A stretch of DNA of 64,000 nt from positions 264 to 64,263 of the forward strand of contig JAJRUP010000097.1 in assembly GCA_024277725.1 (NCBI GenBank). Direction: 5' to 3'. Below are positions 27,804-38,046 of this stretch, piece by piece. A program made the position numbers and the translations under genes. The notes beneath the pieces were generated by a model. That model was not told where the DNA came from. It did not search any database and saw nothing but the letters and a program-made list of their open reading frames with translations. This DNA is from a bacterium. GTDB taxonomy: Bacteria; CG2-30-53-67. Numbering within the stretch: position 1 is the stretch's first letter; each line of letters starts with the position of its first letter.

Positions 27804-28846
27804 AACGCGCACTGATTACGGGCTGCACGGGCCAGGACGGGGCCTATCTGGCCAAGTTTCTCCTCGAGAAGGGGTACCAGGTCTTCGGGACCTACCGGAG
27901 GGTTTCGACCCCAAACTTCTGGAGGCTCCAGTATCTCGACGTCCTGGACAAGATTACTCTCATCCCTGTCGACATGGCCGATATGGCCTCCATCCTGGAG
28001 GCGGTGACCCTGACGGATCCTCAGGAAGTCTACAATCTGGCCGCCCAGAGCTATGTGGGAGCCTCCTTTGATCAGCCGCTCTTGACCGCGGAAATCGACG
28101 GGAGCGGCGCCACGCGAATACTGGAGATCATCCGCCATCTGAGGAAAGACATCCGATTCTATCAGGCGTCGACCAGCGAACTCTATGGAACGGCGTCAGA
28201 GACACCGCAGACCGAGACGACCCGTTTCTGGCCCAATTCACCCTATGCCTCGGCCAAACTCATGTCTTTCCAGAATACCCGGATCTACCGGGAAGCCTAT
28301 GGCATGTTTGCCTGTAACGGGATTCTCTTCAACCACGAATCGCCATTGAGAGGCATGGAATTCGTGACCAGGAAAATCACGAATGCGGTGGCCCGAATCA
28401 AACTGGGTCTTCAGGAAGAACTCGTCCTTGGAAACCTTGCGGCCGGACGGGACTGGGGGTATGCTCCGGAGTATGTCGAGGCCATGTGGATGATTCTCCA
28501 GCAGGAAACACCGGATGATTTTGTCTGCGCCACCGGCGAAATTCACGCAGTCAAGGAACTGGTCGATGAGGCCTTTAGACTCGTCGATCTGGATCCGGGC
28601 CGCTATGTCCGGACCGACGAGACCCTTCTTCGCCCCAAGGATGTCGAACTACTCTGCGGAGACTGCTCCAAGATTACGAGGGTGGTTGGCTGGAAGCCGA
28701 AGACGACATTCAGGGAACTCGTAAAGATTATGGTTGATGCCGATCTGAAACGATGGCAGGACTATCTGAAAGGGGAGTCCTTCCCCTGGGACGCTCAGAA
28801 CTATCCCGGGGATATTACGCTTCTCATGCGGCACAAAAAGAAGTGA
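27800..28846 (+). CDS. gmd: GDP-mannose 4,6-dehydratase
   Basis: The N-terminus [30 protein letters not shown] and ...QASTSELYG are diagnostic of Gmd. Confidence 0.9.
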   Translation: [348 protein letters not shown]

Positions 28847-28924
28847 GACCGAACATCGGGCTTTTCCGCTGATGATAACAGGGCGCGACACCTGGCGCTC
28901 CTTTCAAATTGAAGAGGGTACAAG

Positions 28925-30034
28925 ATGAAAAAGTTCATTCCGATTGCCGAACCTTTGTTTGATGGCAATGAACTGAAGTACCTGACAGACTGTATTGAGA
29001 CCGGCTGGATATCCTCCATCGGAAGCTATGTCACCCGATTCGAGACGGAGTTTGCGTCTTACATCGGCTGTAAGTATGGTGTAGCCGTGCACACGGGAAC
29101 GGCGGCGCTCCATCTGGCTCTGGCGGCCCTGAGAGTTGGGCCTGGAGATGAGGTGATTATCCCAGATCTCACATTCGCCGCCACGGCAAATGCCGTGCTG
29201 TACACAGGTGCGAGGCCTGTGCTGGTTGACGTAGAGAAAGACACGTGGAATATCCGACCCGAAGCTATTCGACAAGCAATCACAGATCGCACCAAGGCGG
29301 TCATTCCGGTTCACCTTTACGGGCACCCCTGCGACATGGATGAGATCATGAAGGTGGCCCGCGAACATGGTCTCTTTGTGATCGAGGATGCCGCCGAAGC
29401 CCATGGCGCCGAGTATAAAGGGAAGAGGGTCGGCAGTTTCGGGACCATCAGTTGTTTCAGCTTTTTCGGAAACAAAACCATCACCACCGGTGAGGGAGGC
29501 ATATGTCTCAGTGATGATGAGGCTCTTCTCGAGCGGATCGCAAAACTTCGTGACCATGGTATGAATAAGGACAAGAAGTACTGGCACGATGAAGCCGGGT
29601 TCAATTACCGGATGACCAATCTACAAGCGGCAGTCGGAGTGGCACAGCTGGAGCGCATTGACTGGTTTGTTAATCGAAAGAGAGAAATTGCCAGGCTTTA
29701 CAACCAATACCTTGCCGATGTGAAGAACATCGTTTTGCCGATGGAGAAGGACTGGGCCAAGAACACCTATTGGATGTATACTTTCCTCTTGAAGACGGGA
29801 CAGAGTCAAATCAGCCGGGATGACTTGATTGATGCGTTGAAACGCGAGGGGATTGATAGCCGCCCGGTCTTTTATCCTCTACACAGCATGCCACCTTATG
29901 AAGTCGCCGGACGCTTTGTCAATGCCGAAGCGATTTCTGAAGCAGGGCTGAGCCTGCCCTCCTCCCCCACGCTGCGAAAAGAGGAGATACGAGAGATTGC
30001 CGAGGTGCTCAAGAGGCAGGTGAAGGGCCGCTAA
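28925..30034 (+). CDS. DegT/DnrJ/EryC1-family PLP-dependent sugar aminotransferase (GDP-perosamine synthase-like)
   Basis: Family motifs (FIPIAEP, GWISSIGSYV, HLYGHPCDMDE) and position directly downstream of gmd. Confidence 0.8.
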   Translation: MKKFIPIAEPLFDGNELKYLTDCIETGWISSIGSYVTRFETEFASYIGCKYGVAVHTGTAALHLALAALRVGPGDEVIIPDLTFAATANAVLYTGARPVLVDVEKDTWNIRPEAIRQAITDRTKAVIPVHLYGHPCDMDEIMKVAREHGLFVIEDAAEAHGAEYKGKRVGSFGTISCFSFFGNKTITTGEGGICLSDDEALLERIAKLRDHGMNKDKKYWHDEAGFNYRMTNLQAAVGVAQLERIDWFVNRKREIARLYNQYLADVKNIVLPMEKDWAKNTYWMYTFLLKTGQSQISRDDLIDALKREGIDSRPVFYPLHSMPPYEVAGRFVNAEAISEAGLSLPSSPTLRKEEIREIAEVLKRQVKGR

Positions 30035-30105
30035 CATGTCTTTACTGCCGGATCTCTACCGTTTTCGCATGATGGCTATTCTCCTGTTGCTGTTCATTTT
30101 ACCCC

Positions 30106-31776
30106 TTGTCGGAGGAGAAGAAAATAGGACCTCAATCGAATAGTAACCATGATTCCTTCAGGACAGCGTTTTATCTTATTCTGCTGTGTCTCGTCGTAGT
30201 GGTCCTGTCGGCAAAAGGCATCCGGAACGAGGCCGTTGTCTCTCTGGATGGAGACATGCCAAGGTACCTGATGAACGGGGCCTTCTTCCATGATTTCCTC
30301 AGAGATTTATCATTCCGAGACCCTCTGGGTTACGCCTATCAATATTTCGCGAGATATCCGGCCCTCTCACTGGGACACCACCCGCTCCTCCTCGGAGTGG
30401 CAGAAGTCCCTTTTTATGCGGTCTTCGGCATTTCCGTCTTTTCCGCCAGGATCACCGTGGTCTTCTTCATGCTTCTCGCCGCTCTGGCCTGGTTCCTTCT
30501 GGTCCGCTCGGCCTTTGACGATACGGTGGCTTTTCTGTCTTCATTGCTGTTCGTGACGGCTCCTTTTGTGGTGGAGCTTTCCAGAGTGGTGATGTCGGAG
30601 ATCCCCACCGTAGCCATGATCACTGTGGCGACCTTCTTCTTCTATCAGTATTGCAGATCGGACAAGGCCTTCTATGCCTATGCCGCGGCCGTCAGTCTGG
30701 CGCTCAGTGTCTACGGACGGCACATCGCCGTTTTTATGTTTCCCGTCTTTCTGATTTATCTGTTGGTCAGGAAAGGACCCAAAAGCCTCATGAAGAAGGA
30801 AGTTCTCACTTCCAGTGCCGTCCTGGTCCTGATTCTCCTGCCGCTCGTTCTGATCACGTTGAAATTCGCAAGTGCTGTACTCGATGTGGTTTCCGAGAAG
30901 AGCGTCTCCTCATCGCTCACCTGGGCCGGTCTTTCCTATTTTATTACAGTCCTGTGGAAATATCATCTCACCCACGCAGTTCTTGTCCTCGCACTTTTCG
31001 GGATCGTTCTGGCTCTCCGCCGCAGAGACGGGAGAACCTTGCTGTTTTTCCTGTGGATGGTCTCGTCCTTTCTCTTGTGCACTTACATGGGCCTGAAGGG
31101 TTTCCAGGCCCCCCGCTACGGGATGTACTGGATTCCCCCCTTCTGCCTTTTTGCCGTTTTGATTGTCGATCTTTCGGGGAACCGCGCCTGGAAGGCCATC
31201 GTATCAGCAGTGCTTGTCGTGATTTCAGGGTATCAATTTGCCCTGGCCTATCAGGGGAAGCAGGACTTTTGTGAAGGCTTTGAAGAGGCGGCACAGTATA
31301 TCACAGAAAACAGGAAGGGCACCTGTGTACTCTACAGCGGAGTCCATGATACGGGCTACTTCATCTTCTTTGTTCGAAAGCACGATCCCCGTCGGGAGTT
31401 TATTGTTCTCAGGGCCAACAAGATACTGGCGACATCAGAAATGCGTTCGATTGTGGAAGAGAGGATCGATGATCCGAGTGAGATCTATGAGATTCTGAAG
31501 GGTTTTGGCGTTGCCTACGTCGTCACTGAAGACACGAAAATGGAATCCCGCTCCTTGGAGTGGCTGAAAAAAGAAGTCAAATCGCCTAACTTCATCCTGC
31601 GCAAGGAGATCCCCCTGCGTTCGAGCAGCAGCAGGATCGATGGTGTTCCTCTGCGGATCTATGAATACAAGCATTATTCTACGCCGAAGAAGGGGCAGGT
31701 TTTAGATATGCACATTCCCCTCATGGAGGGATCCATTCGAGTTCCTCTGAGGAATCTCATGAAGGAAGATCAATAA
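30106..31776 (+). CDS. GT-C fold glycosyltransferase (ArnT/PMT-like, family 39/83-like) polytopic membrane protein
   Basis: More than 10 TM helices, an N-terminal periplasmic-loop acidic motif, and a large C-terminal soluble domain. Confidence 0.55.
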   Translation: MSEEKKIGPQSNSNHDSFRTAFYLILLCLVVVVLSAKGIRNEAVVSLDGDMPRYLMNGAFFHDFLRDLSFRDPLGYAYQYFARYPALSLGHHPLLLGVAEVPFYAVFGISVFSARITVVFFMLLAALAWFLLVRSAFDDTVAFLSSLLFVTAPFVVELSRVVMSEIPTVAMITVATFFFYQYCRSDKAFYAYAAAVSLALSVYGRHIAVFMFPVFLIYLLVRKGPKSLMKKEVLTSSAVLVLILLPLVLITLKFASAVLDVVSEKSVSSSLTWAGLSYFITVLWKYHLTHAVLVLALFGIVLALRRRDGRTLLFFLWMVSSFLLCTYMGLKGFQAPRYGMYWIPPFCLFAVLIVDLSGNRAWKAIVSAVLVVISGYQFALAYQGKQDFCEGFEEAAQYITENRKGTCVLYSGVHDTGYFIFFVRKHDPRREFIVLRANKILATSEMRSIVEERIDDPSEIYEILKGFGVAYVVTEDTKMESRSLEWLKKEVKSPNFILRKEIPLRSSSSRIDGVPLRIYEYKHYSTPKKGQVLDMHIPLMEGSIRVPLRNLMKEDQ

Positions 31777-31797
31777 ACCCGGTTAAGAAGGAACCTG

Positions 31798-32940
31798 TTG
31801 ACGTTGGAAGCCTATTTCTGGCTCTGTGCAATACTGGTTTTCTATGCCTACCTGGGGTATCCGATGATCCTAACCTTGATGGCCTGGATCAGGCCGAGGC
31901 CTGTTCAAAAGGTCTATGAGTTCCCCTCGGTCTCTGTCGTCATTGCCGCTTTCAACGAAGAGAAGAATATGGGGAGCAGAATTGAGAACCTCCTCGGTCA
32001 GGACTATCCACCCGAGAATATGGAAGTGATCGTGGTCTCAGACGGCTCCTCGGACAGGACGGAAGAGATCGTCCGTTCTTACGAGAGCAAGAACGTGAAG
32101 CTCTACGCCTTGGGAGAGCGCAAGGGCAAAGCGGAAGCCCTGAACTACGGTGTTTCGAAAGCCGCGGGCGAGATTCTCGTGTTTGCCGATGCCAGACAGA
32201 CCCTTAAGATCGATGCTGTGAAGGAACTGGTGGCGAATTTAAGTGACCCAGCGGTCGGTGCTGTCAGTGGAGAGCTCTTTCTGACACCCGCAGATGAGGG
32301 CCACATGGGGAGATCCATCGGCATGTATTGGGGCTATGAAAAATGGGTCCGAAAGAAAGAGAGCCTGATCGACTCCGTGGTCGGCGTCACTGGGGCCATC
32401 TACGCCATCCGGAGGGATTTGTATGAACCGATCCCGCGGGGTACGATTCTCGACGACGTCCTGGTCCCGATGCGAATCGCTCTGAAAGGATTCAGGGTCG
32501 TCCTGGACGAGGCAGCTCAAGCCTATGACAGTCTTGTCATCAGGTCCGAAGTGGAACTCAAACGGAAGATCAGGACCCTCATGGGCAATTTCCAGCTTCT
32601 GGTTCTCCTTCCGGAAACGCTCTCTGTCAGGAAAAACCGGCTGTTCCTTTATTATGTTTCCCATAAACTGCTGAGGCTCCTCGTCCCCTATTTTCTCATC
32701 AGCCTTTTTGCGGCAAATCTGTTTCTCCATGAAGGGGTCTATTCACTTACACTGGCGCTGCAAATCTTCTTTTACCTCTCGGCCTTTGTCGGATACCTTC
32801 TCAACCGTCAGGAGAGGCAGATCAAGTATTTCGCCTTTGCCTACACCATCGTCCTGCTCAACTATGCCGCGGTGCTGGGGCTGATCAGTTTCATCAAAAA
32901 GAATGAGGAGGTCTGGGTCGCCAAAGGACAGCCGCTATGA
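31798..32940 (+). CDS. GT2 glycosyltransferase with C-terminal TM helices (synthase-like)
   Basis: VSVVIAAFNEEKNM, VVSDGSSDRT, and a DxD-like FADARQ motif, followed by 3-4 C-terminal TM helices. Confidence 0.8.
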   Translation: MTLEAYFWLCAILVFYAYLGYPMILTLMAWIRPRPVQKVYEFPSVSVVIAAFNEEKNMGSRIENLLGQDYPPENMEVIVVSDGSSDRTEEIVRSYESKNVKLYALGERKGKAEALNYGVSKAAGEILVFADARQTLKIDAVKELVANLSDPAVGAVSGELFLTPADEGHMGRSIGMYWGYEKWVRKKESLIDSVVGVTGAIYAIRRDLYEPIPRGTILDDVLVPMRIALKGFRVVLDEAAQAYDSLVIRSEVELKRKIRTLMGNFQLLVLLPETLSVRKNRLFLYYVSHKLLRLLVPYFLISLFAANLFLHEGVYSLTLALQIFFYLSAFVGYLLNRQERQIKYFAFAYTIVLLNYAAVLGLISFIKKNEEVWVAKGQPL

Positions 32941-34073
32941 AGAGTAAACTGAAAATACTCAATGTCGTCGGAGCACGGCCGAACTTCATGAAAATTGCGC
33001 CCATCGCCGAAGCGATTGAGGCGCACAATCAGGCGAATCGAGACCATGGCATCGAATCCCTGATCGTCCATACCGGTCAGCATTACGATGAACAAATGTC
33101 CAAGCTATTCTTTGAGGATCTCGATATACCGAGGCCCGACTACAACCTGGGCGTGGGGTCCGGTTCCCACGCCTACCAGACGGCGGAAATCATGAAGCGC
33201 TTTGAGCCGGTGCTCGAGAAGGAAAGGCCCGATTATATCCTCGTTGTGGGGGACGTGAACTCCACAATTGCCTGCGCCCTAGTAGCCAAGAAACTGGGGG
33301 TGAAGGTCATCCATGTGGAGGCAGGCCTCAGAAGTTTTGACATGAGCATGCCCGAGGAAATCAACCGGATCCTCACCGATGCCATCTCGGATCTGCTCTT
33401 CATCACCGAGAAGAGCGGTGAGACCAACCTCCTGAAAGAAGGAGTGACCAGAGAAAAGATTCACTTTGTCGGGAACGTGATGATCGATACCCTGCTCAGG
33501 CACAAGGAGAAGGCGGAGTGCTCGGAGATCCTTGTCCGGGTGGGGCTTGCTGAAAAGGGGGACCTGTCGATCCAGCCATACGCCGTCCTGACCCTCCACA
33601 GGCCGTCCAATGTCGACGACCCTATGAATCTGGAGAATATCATGAAGGCAGTGACAGAAATATCAAGACACCTGCCTGTCGTGTTTCCGGTTCATCCAAG
33701 GACCAAAAAACAAATGGTTGGGTTGAACATCGGCATCGCAGATACGATCAAGCTTGTCGATCCACTGGGATATCTGGATTTTCTCAAATTGATGTCTCAT
33801 GCACGGATGGTACTGACCGACTCGGGCGGCATTCAGGAAGAAACGACCGTTCTTGGGGTACCCTGTATCACCCTTCGCGAGAACACGGAAAGGCCTGTGA
33901 CAGTTGAGCAGGGAACGAATGTGATCGTTGGGATGGAGCGAAAGAATATCGTTGATCAAAGCCTGAAGGTCCTGAACGGCAACTCGAAGGAAGGCCGCCT
34001 TCCCGAATTGTGGGACGGGAAAGCGGCGGAGAGGATTGTGGAAGTACTGGCAGGAGAATCGCCCCGACTATGA
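32937..34073 (+). CDS. wecB: UDP-N-acetylglucosamine 2-epimerase (non-hydrolysing)
   Basis: ILNVVGARPNFMKIAP ... HTGQHYD ... VGDVNSTIACALVA ... HVEAGLRSFD. Confidence 0.9.
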   Translation: MKSKLKILNVVGARPNFMKIAPIAEAIEAHNQANRDHGIESLIVHTGQHYDEQMSKLFFEDLDIPRPDYNLGVGSGSHAYQTAEIMKRFEPVLEKERPDYILVVGDVNSTIACALVAKKLGVKVIHVEAGLRSFDMSMPEEINRILTDAISDLLFITEKSGETNLLKEGVTREKIHFVGNVMIDTLLRHKEKAECSEILVRVGLAEKGDLSIQPYAVLTLHRPSNVDDPMNLENIMKAVTEISRHLPVVFPVHPRTKKQMVGLNIGIADTIKLVDPLGYLDFLKLMSHARMVLTDSGGIQEETTVLGVPCITLRENTERPVTVEQGTNVIVGMERKNIVDQSLKVLNGNSKEGRLPELWDGKAAERIVEVLAGESPRL

Positions 34074-35236
34074 AGATTTTTCTATATGTCGCTGCCGTTG
34101 TTCTCGTCATCCTTCTGTATTTCCTCTACCGTCAGGGCAGCAAGAAGAACGTCTGGATCTGGTTGGGGAGCTACGTCAAGCAGAAGATGAAAGGGAAACC
34201 CGAATTCCGGAGAGGAGAGCCTATCCACATTTTCTTTTGCGTCGTAGATCATTTTGAACCGATTCAGGAAGGATACACAAAAGCAGAAGAATGGGCCAGG
34301 ATGAATGCCTGGATAAAAGACTACCCTCAAATGGCGGGCAAGCATGCTGATTCCAATGGAAGAGTACCTCAGCACACTTGGTTTTACCCCGGCGAAGCTT
34401 ACGAATCGGAATACCTGGAGGGCTTGGTTGGGCTCTGCAAAATGGGCTATGGCGACATTGAATTTCATCATCATCACTATTATGAGTCGTCCAAGGGCCT
34501 GAGGGAAAAGATCAGGAAGGCCCTGAATGAGTTTGCTCAACATGGGGTGTTCGTTACGGACAACGGGTCCTCCGCCCTTTCGTATGGGTTCATTCACGGG
34601 AATATGGCACTGGACAATTCCAGATACGAAGACAAGTGGTGCGGCGTCAATGATGAATTGACCATTCTAAAAGAGACAGGATGTTACGCGGACTTCAGTT
34701 CACCCACGGCTCCAGCCAATAGCCAAGCCCGGAAGATAAATGCCATTTACTATGCAACGGATGATCCCGCAAAACCGAAGTCACACGATACGGGAATTGA
34801 TGTGGAAGTAGGCGGAAAACCTGCGGGAGATCTTATGATCATACAAGGCCCCCTCGCTCCAAATTGGGTAAAACGTAAATATGGGATTCTCCCGACCATT
34901 GACAACGGCGAGATCCACAACAATGCCCCTGGGACACCGGATAGAATAGAACGTTGGATCCGCCAGGCTATCCATGTAAGAGGGAAACCGAACTGGGTCT
35001 TCGTAAAAGCCTCCTGTCACGGGGCACAAGATGAGAATTACGATGTTCTGTTAGGTCGCCAAGCGGATCAAATGTACACTTATCTTGAAGAGAGATATCG
35101 GAACAGGGAGAGATATAAGCTGCACTACGTGACGGCCAGGGAGTTTTATAATATTGTGAAAGCCGCTGAGGCCGGGCAAGCGGGCAATCCGGTTCAATAC
35201 TATGATTACTCCATTCCGCGCTATCGTTATCGGTAA
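34070..35236 (+). CDS. Hypothetical membrane-anchored protein (possible polysaccharide deacetylase-like fold)
   Basis: N-terminal TM segment (MKIFLYVAAVVLVILLYFL); a His-rich segment EFHHHHYY. No confident family assignment. The start overlaps the wecB stop (ATGA). Confidence 0.4.
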   Translation: MKIFLYVAAVVLVILLYFLYRQGSKKNVWIWLGSYVKQKMKGKPEFRRGEPIHIFFCVVDHFEPIQEGYTKAEEWARMNAWIKDYPQMAGKHADSNGRVPQHTWFYPGEAYESEYLEGLVGLCKMGYGDIEFHHHHYYESSKGLREKIRKALNEFAQHGVFVTDNGSSALSYGFIHGNMALDNSRYEDKWCGVNDELTILKETGCYADFSSPTAPANSQARKINAIYYATDDPAKPKSHDTGIDVEVGGKPAGDLMIIQGPLAPNWVKRKYGILPTIDNGEIHNNAPGTPDRIERWIRQAIHVRGKPNWVFVKASCHGAQDENYDVLLGRQADQMYTYLEERYRNRERYKLHYVTAREFYNIVKAAEAGQAGNPVQYYDYSIPRYRYR

Positions 35237-35245
35237 AGAAATTCT

Positions 35246-36607
35246 ATGAGACGTTTGGATTTTATCGAAAGGCCTGCTTCGTTATCTTCACCGGACAATC
35301 CGGATTCCGAAGTGATATCAGGACCCCAAAGAACCGGTGCCGAAGCCAGAGAAAGCACGTTTCCCTTTTATGCGTTGCTGTTCTTTACATTTGTGGTCTA
35401 TATTGCGCCGCAAGTCTATTTTCCCGTCTTGAGGCCGTTTCGGTTGGCAATGGTTGCGGCGCTCTTGGCAAGTGTTTCATACCTGTTCAACAAGCTTAGT
35501 ACCGGCCAACCGTTACTAAAAATCGATGCGGAAACACGCCTCATGCTTGTTCTCATATTTTTGGCTGTTCTTTCGATTCCATTCTCTAGATGGCCTGGGG
35601 GTAGTTTCCAGGTCTTAAAAGATGAATATATCAAATCCATCATCATCTTCTTCCTATTAGCACATGTACTTACGTCCGTCCCTCGCACAAGAAAGATGCT
35701 TTGGTACATCATTTATTTTTGCTCATTTATCTCATGCATCGGCATCAAGAATTTTGTCGACGGGAACTTTTATGCCGGTGGCCGGATTAGTGGTGCCGCG
35801 GCGCCGATTACCTCCAATCCGAATGACTTGGCTCTCACCCTGGTTCTCATGATTCCTTTTGCGCTCTCATTTTATTTAACGAACAAAGGATGGAGAAAGC
35901 TATACAGCGGGGCCTATATCATTATGTCGACGTTCGCCATATTCTGTACTTTTTCCCGAGGGGGATTTATTGTCTTGGTCGTGGTTTACGCCTTATTTTT
36001 CTATAAGATGGCGAAGAAAACCGGGCCAAAGGCTATTTTTATAGCCATAGTACTAACGGCCGTGATTATCCCACTTTTGCCCGGGGGTTACACCGACAGG
36101 ATTCACTCCATTTTCGATTTCTCTGAGGATCAAACTGGGTCGGCCAACGCGAGAGAGGCATCTACTCTGGCTGCATTGGCCCTCGTGAAAGAGAGCCCCT
36201 TGTTGGGAGTTGGACTCGGGATGAATACGTTAGCTCTGAATGATAGGGGATTTTTCTGGACTCAAGTACATAATGTCTATCTTCAGATAGGCGTTGAGTT
36301 GGGAATCCCTGCGATGGTCATTTTCATTACTTTGTTATGGAAGTTGATACATAATATGCAAATGATTCAGAGGAATTTATCACAACTTGAAGGGGATATG
36401 GAAAAAGTGTATTTAGATCAAGGTATGGAGATTAGCCTGATCGGCTTTGCCGTAGCTGCGGTGTTTCATCCTGTAGCCTATCATTTTTATTTTTATTATC
36501 TTGCAGGTTTTGCGGTGGCCTTGAAACGCATATACTCATTTTCGATCGTCCAGACAGAAGAACTTACAAATTTCGATGAGCAAGCCAAGTGGAGAGAAAC
36601 TAGATGA
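35246..36607 (+). CDS. O-antigen ligase / Wzy-like polymerase family membrane protein (exosortase-system-associated O-antigen-ligase-like)
   Basis: About 11 TM helices and a Wzy_C-like periplasmic loop (RGGFIVLVVVYALFFY). Confidence 0.6.
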   Translation: MRRLDFIERPASLSSPDNPDSEVISGPQRTGAEARESTFPFYALLFFTFVVYIAPQVYFPVLRPFRLAMVAALLASVSYLFNKLSTGQPLLKIDAETRLMLVLIFLAVLSIPFSRWPGGSFQVLKDEYIKSIIIFFLLAHVLTSVPRTRKMLWYIIYFCSFISCIGIKNFVDGNFYAGGRISGAAAPITSNPNDLALTLVLMIPFALSFYLTNKGWRKLYSGAYIIMSTFAIFCTFSRGGFIVLVVVYALFFYKMAKKTGPKAIFIAIVLTAVIIPLLPGGYTDRIHSIFDFSEDQTGSANAREASTLAALALVKESPLLGVGLGMNTLALNDRGFFWTQVHNVYLQIGVELGIPAMVIFITLLWKLIHNMQMIQRNLSQLEGDMEKVYLDQGMEISLIGFAVAAVFHPVAYHFYFYYLAGFAVALKRIYSFSIVQTEELTNFDEQAKWRETR

Positions 36608-37998
36608 AGAAAAATCTTATTATAATTGTTCTTGATACGCTTCGCAAGGACAGGCTTTCTCTTTTTGGGAATGCAAGGAAGACAAGCCCCTTTCTGGATC
36701 AATTAGCTCAGGGTTCAGTCAACTTTCTGAATGCCTATGCAAACAGCGCATGGTCTCCTCCAAGCCATGCATCGCTTCTCACGGGTTTGCTACCACACAA
36801 TCATGGTGTCGATGGGGACGATACGGACCTGCCAGCCAACCTGCCATTCTTGTTCAGCATCTTGAAAAGTAATGGTTACCAAACAGCCAGTGTGGTTATC
36901 AACCCTTATCTGCTGACGGAAAGAGGCTTTATGAGAGACGTGGACCATTCGTTAGAGGTAGCACGAATGGGACGAAAACAGTTAAAACGAATCTTTTTGA
37001 TGAGGGCTTATAACAAGATTTTCCAACGGTGTGAAGCACTGGACAATAAGATCATCATAGAATACAGCAAGGACATTCTCAAGAAACTGAGGAAAGGCTC
37101 GGATCCCTTCTGCTTGTTCCTAAATCTCACAGAAGTACACAGCAAATATGCCCCTCCCAGGAGTTGTCTAAGAAGAATTGAGCCCGATTATGCCACATAC
37201 CTAAATGGTGACGCAAAGGATGAAATATCATTTGTCAGCGACCGCGGCGGGCTCAGATATATGGCGAAAAATCAAGTGGCAAGTGAAGCAATTATTGAGG
37301 GAACGAGACTGCTTTATGACGGGGAGGTCCGCTTCCTGGATGGGATGCTAAAGGACTTCTTTTCTTTCATGGACAGCAATCATACACTTCAAAATTCAGT
37401 CGTCCTGGTTATATCTGATCATGGCGAAAACCTTGGTGATCACGGGCTCTTTTATCACCAGTTTGCTTTGAACAAATCCTTGATTGAAATTCCTTTTTTC
37501 TGGGTTGATCCCGACCTGGCGTCCAAGGAGATAGGATTTCCCGTAAGCCAAATCGATGTTGTTCCTTCTGTTGTTGCATCGCTCCAACTGCGATGTGATT
37601 TTAAGTTTGACGGCATAGACATATTCTCATCAGAGCCCTCTCGTGACAGGGAGATCATCGGATGCTATAGACCTGCATCGGAGGTGCTTGGCTTGGTAAG
37701 AAAGCATGGCGGGAACGAGGAGAGAATCAGAGAGCTTGACAAATTCTATTCCTTCTCTGTCTTGGGTGACAAGCACGTGGAAATAGTCTCAGATGAGTCT
37801 GAGAAACAATTATTTGAATACAGAGGGCACAAGGATGAAAGGATCCGTCTCAAAGACGGCGAAGAGAAAAACCTTTATTTGAATAGATTCGATGAAATTT
37901 ACCCTTGCGATCTTATTCGGAGATATGGTCGAATGGGCAGAAGCTCTGAAGTCGATGAGGCTACGCGTGAAAGACTTAGAGCGCTTGGCTATCTCTAA
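36604..37998 (+). CDS. Sulfatase-like hydrolase/transferase (alkaline phosphatase superfamily) with non-canonical active-site motif
   Basis: IIVLDTLRKDRL matches the DxxRxDxL metal-binding motif. At the FGly-motif position the sequence is SPPSH rather than C/S-x-P-x-R. Confidence 0.7.
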   Translation: MKKNLIIIVLDTLRKDRLSLFGNARKTSPFLDQLAQGSVNFLNAYANSAWSPPSHASLLTGLLPHNHGVDGDDTDLPANLPFLFSILKSNGYQTASVVINPYLLTERGFMRDVDHSLEVARMGRKQLKRIFLMRAYNKIFQRCEALDNKIIIEYSKDILKKLRKGSDPFCLFLNLTEVHSKYAPPRSCLRRIEPDYATYLNGDAKDEISFVSDRGGLRYMAKNQVASEAIIEGTRLLYDGEVRFLDGMLKDFFSFMDSNHTLQNSVVLVISDHGENLGDHGLFYHQFALNKSLIEIPFFWVDPDLASKEIGFPVSQIDVVPSVVASLQLRCDFKFDGIDIFSSEPSRDREIIGCYRPASEVLGLVRKHGGNEERIRELDKFYSFSVLGDKHVEIVSDESEKQLFEYRGHKDERIRLKDGEEKNLYLNRFDEIYPCDLIRRYGRMGRSSEVDEATRERLRALGYL

Positions 37999-38046
37999 AC
38001 TGAGAAGTTGAAGACCTGGCGTTGGGTCGGGGTCTCAGAAAATTAA

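Noticed and set aside
34010-34069. N-terminal extension of the ORF at 34010 overlapping wecB by 64 nt
   Set aside because: The ATG at 34070 overlaps the wecB stop (ATGA) and is followed immediately by a TM helix. That fits translational coupling better than the longer form.
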